64,000 nucleotides of DNA, taken from NCBI RefSeq assembly GCF_030654605.1, contig NZ_JAURXB010000296.1, forward strand, positions 7,220 to 71,219, in the 5' to 3' direction. Shown here piece after piece: positions 61,053 through 64,000 of the stretch (the stretch's first letter is position 1; each line of letters starts with the position of its first letter). This DNA is from Bradyrhizobium sp. GTDB lineage: Bacteria > Pseudomonadota > Alphaproteobacteria > Rhizobiales > Xanthobacteraceae. Made by a program: the position numbers and the translations under genes. The notes under the pieces are model-generated. The model saw only the letters and a program-made list of their open reading frames with translations, ran no database searches and was not told where the DNA came from.

Positions 61053-62722
61053 TGTCGCGTCCGGACGAACTGACCTTTGCGCCGCTCGGCGGCGTCGGCG
61101 AGATCGGCATGAACCTGTCGATCTATGGCCTCGGCAACCGCCATCAGCGCTCCTGGCTGGCGGTCGATCTCGGCGTCTCCTTCGGCGACGAGGAGCATCT
61201 GCCGGGCATCGACCTGATCATGCCGGACATCCGCTTCCTCGAAAAGGAGCGGAAGAACCTGGTTGGCCTGGTGCTGACCCATGCCCATGAAGATCATTTC
61301 GGCGCCATCATGGACCTGTGGCCGAAGCTGAAATGCCCGATCTACGCGACCCAGTTCAGCGCCGCTCTGTTCGCGGCCAAATGCGCTTCCGAGCGCCATC
61401 CGCCGAAAATCCCGGTCACCGTGGTGCCTTCGGGCGGCCGCATCGACATCGGCCCGTTCAGCGTCGAATTCATTCCGGTGGCGCATTCGATTCCGGAGTC
61501 CCACGCGCTGGCGATCCACACCTCCGCCGGCACCGTGCTGCACACGGGGGACTGGAAAATCGATCCGACGCCGATCATCGGCGTGCCGACCGACGAGCGG
61601 CGGCTCCGCGAACTCGGCGATTCCGGCGTGCTGGCGCTGATCGGCGATTCCACCAATGCGGTGCGGGAAGGGCGCTCGCCGTCCGAACTGGAGGTCGCCA
61701 AAACCATCACCGAACTGGTGAAGGCCGCCAGGGGCCGAGTTGCGGTGACCACCTTCGCCTCCAACGTCGCGCGGCTCCGTGCGGTTGCTGACGCGGCAAA
61801 AGCCTCCGGACGCGAGGTCGTCGTGGTCGGCCGCGCCATGGAGCGGGTCGTGCAGGTGGCGCGCGAGACCGGCTATCTGGACGGCGTGCAGGCTTTCCGC
61901 GGCGCCGATCTCTACGGCCATTTCCCGCCGGACAAGGTGCTGGCGCTGTGCACCGGGAGCCAGGGCGAGCCGCGCGCGGCGCTGTCGCGCATCGCCAATG
62001 ACGACCATCCGCAGGTCACCTTGAACAAGGGCGACTGCGTGATCTTTTCCTCGCGCACCATTCCCGGCAACGAAAAGGCGGTGGGCGGAATCATCAACGG
62101 GCTGATCACGCAGGGCATCGAGGTCATCACCGACCGCACCCATCTCGTCCACGTCTCCGGCCATCCGCGCCGCGACGAGCTGCGCGACATGATTTCATGG
62201 GTGCGTCCGCAGCTGCTGATCCCGGTTCATGGCGAGGCGCTGCATCTGTTCGAGCACGCCAAGCTGGCGCGGGCCGCGGGCGTGCCGAAAGTGCTGATCT
62301 GTCGCAACGGCGACCTGGTGAAATTGGGACCGGGCGATTCCGGCGTGATCGAGGAGCTGCCGTCCGGGCGGCTCTACAAGGACGGCTCGATTCTCGAGGA
62401 TTCCAAGTCGCGCGCGGTGGTCGAGCGCAAGAAGCTGGCCTTTGCCGGCTGCGCCTTCGTCGCCTTTGCCGTGACCGACAAGGGCGAGTTGGCCGACGAT
62501 CCCGAGGTCGAGCTGGTCGGCATTCCCGAGAGGAATACCGCCGGCGAGGAAATCGACGAGATCGTCTTCGACGTGGTGGTGACGACCATTGAGGGGCTGC
62601 CGCGGGCCAAGCGGCGCGACCCCGACGCGATGGCTGAATCGGTGCGCCGCGCGGTGCGCGCCGCGATCAACCAGCATTGGGGCAAGAAGCCGCTGTGCTA
62701 CGTTCACGTTCTGACGGTTTAG
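61052..62722 (+). CDS. rnj: ribonuclease J (metallo-beta-lactamase / beta-CASP)
   Basis: 556 aa. LTHAHEDHFGA (HxHxDH), DSTNA, HVSGHPRRDEL. Confidence 0.9.
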   Translation: MSRPDELTFAPLGGVGEIGMNLSIYGLGNRHQRSWLAVDLGVSFGDEEHLPGIDLIMPDIRFLEKERKNLVGLVLTHAHEDHFGAIMDLWPKLKCPIYATQFSAALFAAKCASERHPPKIPVTVVPSGGRIDIGPFSVEFIPVAHSIPESHALAIHTSAGTVLHTGDWKIDPTPIIGVPTDERRLRELGDSGVLALIGDSTNAVREGRSPSELEVAKTITELVKAARGRVAVTTFASNVARLRAVADAAKASGREVVVVGRAMERVVQVARETGYLDGVQAFRGADLYGHFPPDKVLALCTGSQGEPRAALSRIANDDHPQVTLNKGDCVIFSSRTIPGNEKAVGGIINGLITQGIEVITDRTHLVHVSGHPRRDELRDMISWVRPQLLIPVHGEALHLFEHAKLARAAGVPKVLICRNGDLVKLGPGDSGVIEELPSGRLYKDGSILEDSKSRAVVERKKLAFAGCAFVAFAVTDKGELADDPEVELVGIPERNTAGEEIDEIVFDVVVTTIEGLPRAKRRDPDAMAESVRRAVRAAINQHWGKKPLCYVHVLTV

Positions 62723-62744
62723 GAAATCAAGGCGGAGGGGTGCC

Positions 62745-63149
62745 ATGCTGGGCCGGCTCAATCATGTGGCGATCGCGGTCAAGGACGCCGAGAAGGCCGC
62801 CAAAATCTACGGCGCGGCGTTCGGGGCGGAGATTTCCGCCGCGGTGCCGCTGCCCGAACATGGCGTCATCACCGTGTTCGTGACCCTGCCCAACACAAAG
62901 ATCGAATTCATCCAGCCGCTCGGCGAGGCCTCGCCGATCGCGAAATTCATCGAGCGCAATGCCGATGGCGGCATCCATCACATCTGTTACGACGTGCCCG
63001 ACATCATCGCGGCGCGCGACCGGCTGATCGAAGAGGGCGCGCGCGTGCTTGGCGACGGCGTGCCGAAGATCGGCGCGCACGGCAAGCCGGTGCTGTTCCT
63101 GCATCCGAAGGATTTTTCCGGCGCGCTCGTCGAAATCGAACAGAACTGA
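62745..63149 (+). CDS. mce: methylmalonyl-CoA epimerase (VOC superfamily)
   Basis: 134 aa. MLGRLNHVAIAV...IEFIQPLGEASPIAKFIERN..GGIHHICYDV...LFLHPKDFSGALVEIEQ. Confidence 0.88.
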   Translation: MLGRLNHVAIAVKDAEKAAKIYGAAFGAEISAAVPLPEHGVITVFVTLPNTKIEFIQPLGEASPIAKFIERNADGGIHHICYDVPDIIAARDRLIEEGARVLGDGVPKIGAHGKPVLFLHPKDFSGALVEIEQN

Positions 63150-63150
63150 G

Positions 63151-63426
63151 ATGGCCTATACAATCTCAACCGCGCTGGCGATCTACTTCGTGTTGTGGTG
63201 GATCGTGCTGTTCGTGACGCTGCCGTTCGGCGTCCGCAGCCAGCATGAAGACGGCGGCGGCCCGCCCGGCACCGACCCCGGCGCGCCGATCGCAACCAGG
63301 ATGGGCCGCAAGCTGATCTGGACCACCGTGATCGCGGCGGTCGTCTATGGCATCGGCATGCTGGCCTATCGCGCCGGCTACCTGAACATCGAGCGGCTGT
63401 CGAATTTGATGGGCGTGGCGTTTTAG
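63151..63426 (+). CDS. DUF1467 family membrane protein
   Basis: ATG 63151 gives MAYTISTALAIYFVLWWIVLFVTLPFGVRSQHE...PGAP.... Two TM helices. Usual neighbour of mce in Rhizobiales-type genomes. Confidence 0.75.
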   Translation: MAYTISTALAIYFVLWWIVLFVTLPFGVRSQHEDGGGPPGTDPGAPIATRMGRKLIWTTVIAAVVYGIGMLAYRAGYLNIERLSNLMGVAF

Positions 63427-63463
63427 TCTGGGAGGCATTTGCGAGCGATCTCACCATCTTCAG

Positions 63464-63570
63464 TCGTCATCCCCCGCGAAAGCGGGGGACCCAGTACGCC
63501 GCGGCTTCTCGGTCAATCACAGCCGTCTCTGGAATACTGGGTCGCCCGGTCAAGTGCCGGGCGATGACAG
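63464..63570. repeat. nested palindromic REP/MITE-like element, same family as 4885-4987
   Basis: gtcatcccccgcgaaagcgggggacccagtacgccgc ... cgtctctggaatactgggtcgcccggtcaagtgccgggcgatgac. The right arm is near-identical to the reverse complement of 4885-4927 and to 4956-4987. Confidence 0.8.
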
Positions 63571-63603
63571 CCGCGTTTGCATCGTGCCTCAGTGCATCGC
63601 CCC

Positions 63604-63996
63604 TCAATATTCCGCATAGATCTCGATGATGTTGTCCTCGGGGTCGCGAAAGAACAACGTGCGATGGCGCCAGTCCGGCAGATCGGTCGGCCCCCTCAGG
63701 ATCGGCACGCCCCTGGCGACCAATTCAGCATGGCAGGCGTCGAGCGCGGACGGCGGAACGCGAAAGGCCAGCTGGACCGCCGCCGATCCCGGAATTGATT
63801 TGCCGTCGTCGCAGACGGTCCACGCCGTGCGCGGCCGCAGCGTCAATAGCGCGGCGCCGACGCGAAAACTGACCCAATGCTCGCGATCGGTTTCGACCGG
63901 AAATTTCATGATGTCGCGGTAAAATGCGCGCGTTTCATTCATCCTGTTGCACAACAGGACCGTGTAATCGAGGTTGCTAATTCCACCCAGGCTCAC
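63604..63996 (-). CDS. VOC-family (glyoxalase/bleomycin-resistance/dioxygenase fold) protein
   Basis: 130 aa. NLDYTVLLCNRMNETRAFYRDIM...RTLFFRDPEDNIIEIY. The GTG start at 63996 is 4 nt from the window end, so the true start could lie outside. Confidence 0.75.
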   Translation of the reverse strand: MSLGGISNLDYTVLLCNRMNETRAFYRDIMKFPVETDREHWVSFRVGAALLTLRPRTAWTVCDDGKSIPGSAAVQLAFRVPPSALDACHAELVARGVPILRGPTDLPDWRHRTLFFRDPEDNIIEIYAEY

Positions 63997-64000
63997 TGCG

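Overview
This 64-kb window looks like conserved chromosomal backbone of a high-G+C alphaproteobacterium of the Bradyrhizobium/Rhodopseudomonas type. That placement is inferred from gene content, synteny and the palindromic intergenic repeats; I could not run any database search. All product calls rest on reading the supplied translations for motifs.

Gene content, left to right:
- 1-7.5 kb: the edge of a polysaccharide biosynthesis/export locus. It holds a priming transferase fragment, a GT4 glycosyltransferase, a Wza-like export lipoprotein, a GumC/ExoP-like co-polymerase with a degenerate kinase domain, a FemAB/CelD-like acyltransferase and a polysaccharide deacetylase.
- 7.5-20 kb: DUF2842-ctaA, metY, a CoA-binding protein, an enoyl-CoA hydratase, a PaaI thioesterase, rplM-rpsI, a LysE exporter, a membrane GGDEF cyclase, an ABM monooxygenase, an AI-2E transporter and a PuuD-like amidotransferase.
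- 20-31 kb: a 1054-aa hybrid sensor kinase, a low-G+C orphan gene, glnA and glnB, nnr, an enolase-superfamily enzyme and a Tat-exported multicopper oxidase.
- 31-43 kb: tRNA-Leu(UAG), tig-clpP-clpX-lon, a second low-G+C orphan gene, tRNA-Val(UAC), a methyltransferase, pepT, hup and tRNA-Asp(GUC).
- 44-64 kb: the complete nuoA-N operon, then birA, RNase J, methylmalonyl-CoA epimerase, DUF1467 and a VOC protein.

I found no transposase, integrase, CRISPR array, restriction or toxin-antitoxin genes, and no recognisable multi-gene defence system.

The most unusual feature is that the nuo operon carries four extra ORFs wedged between structural genes:
- Two small, lower-G+C coiled-coil ORFs that weakly resemble each other, at nuoB/nuoC and nuoF/nuoG.
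- An FkbM-type methyltransferase start-stop coupled to nuoD.
- A 56-aa two-helix membrane ORF between nuoE and nuoF.
- In addition, a MITE/REP-like palindromic element between nuoM and nuoN, and a His/Asp-rich insertion in NuoL.

Secondary observations:
- Two single-gene low-G+C islets, at 23.2-25.2 kb and 38.6-40.0 kb.
- Several families of nested palindromic repeats.
- A shared AATATT-centred palindrome at two loci.
- A pseudo-kinase domain in the polysaccharide co-polymerase.

Overall this is mostly an ordinary core region. I score the findings modestly and do not claim a new system beyond the nuo-embedded accessory ORF set.
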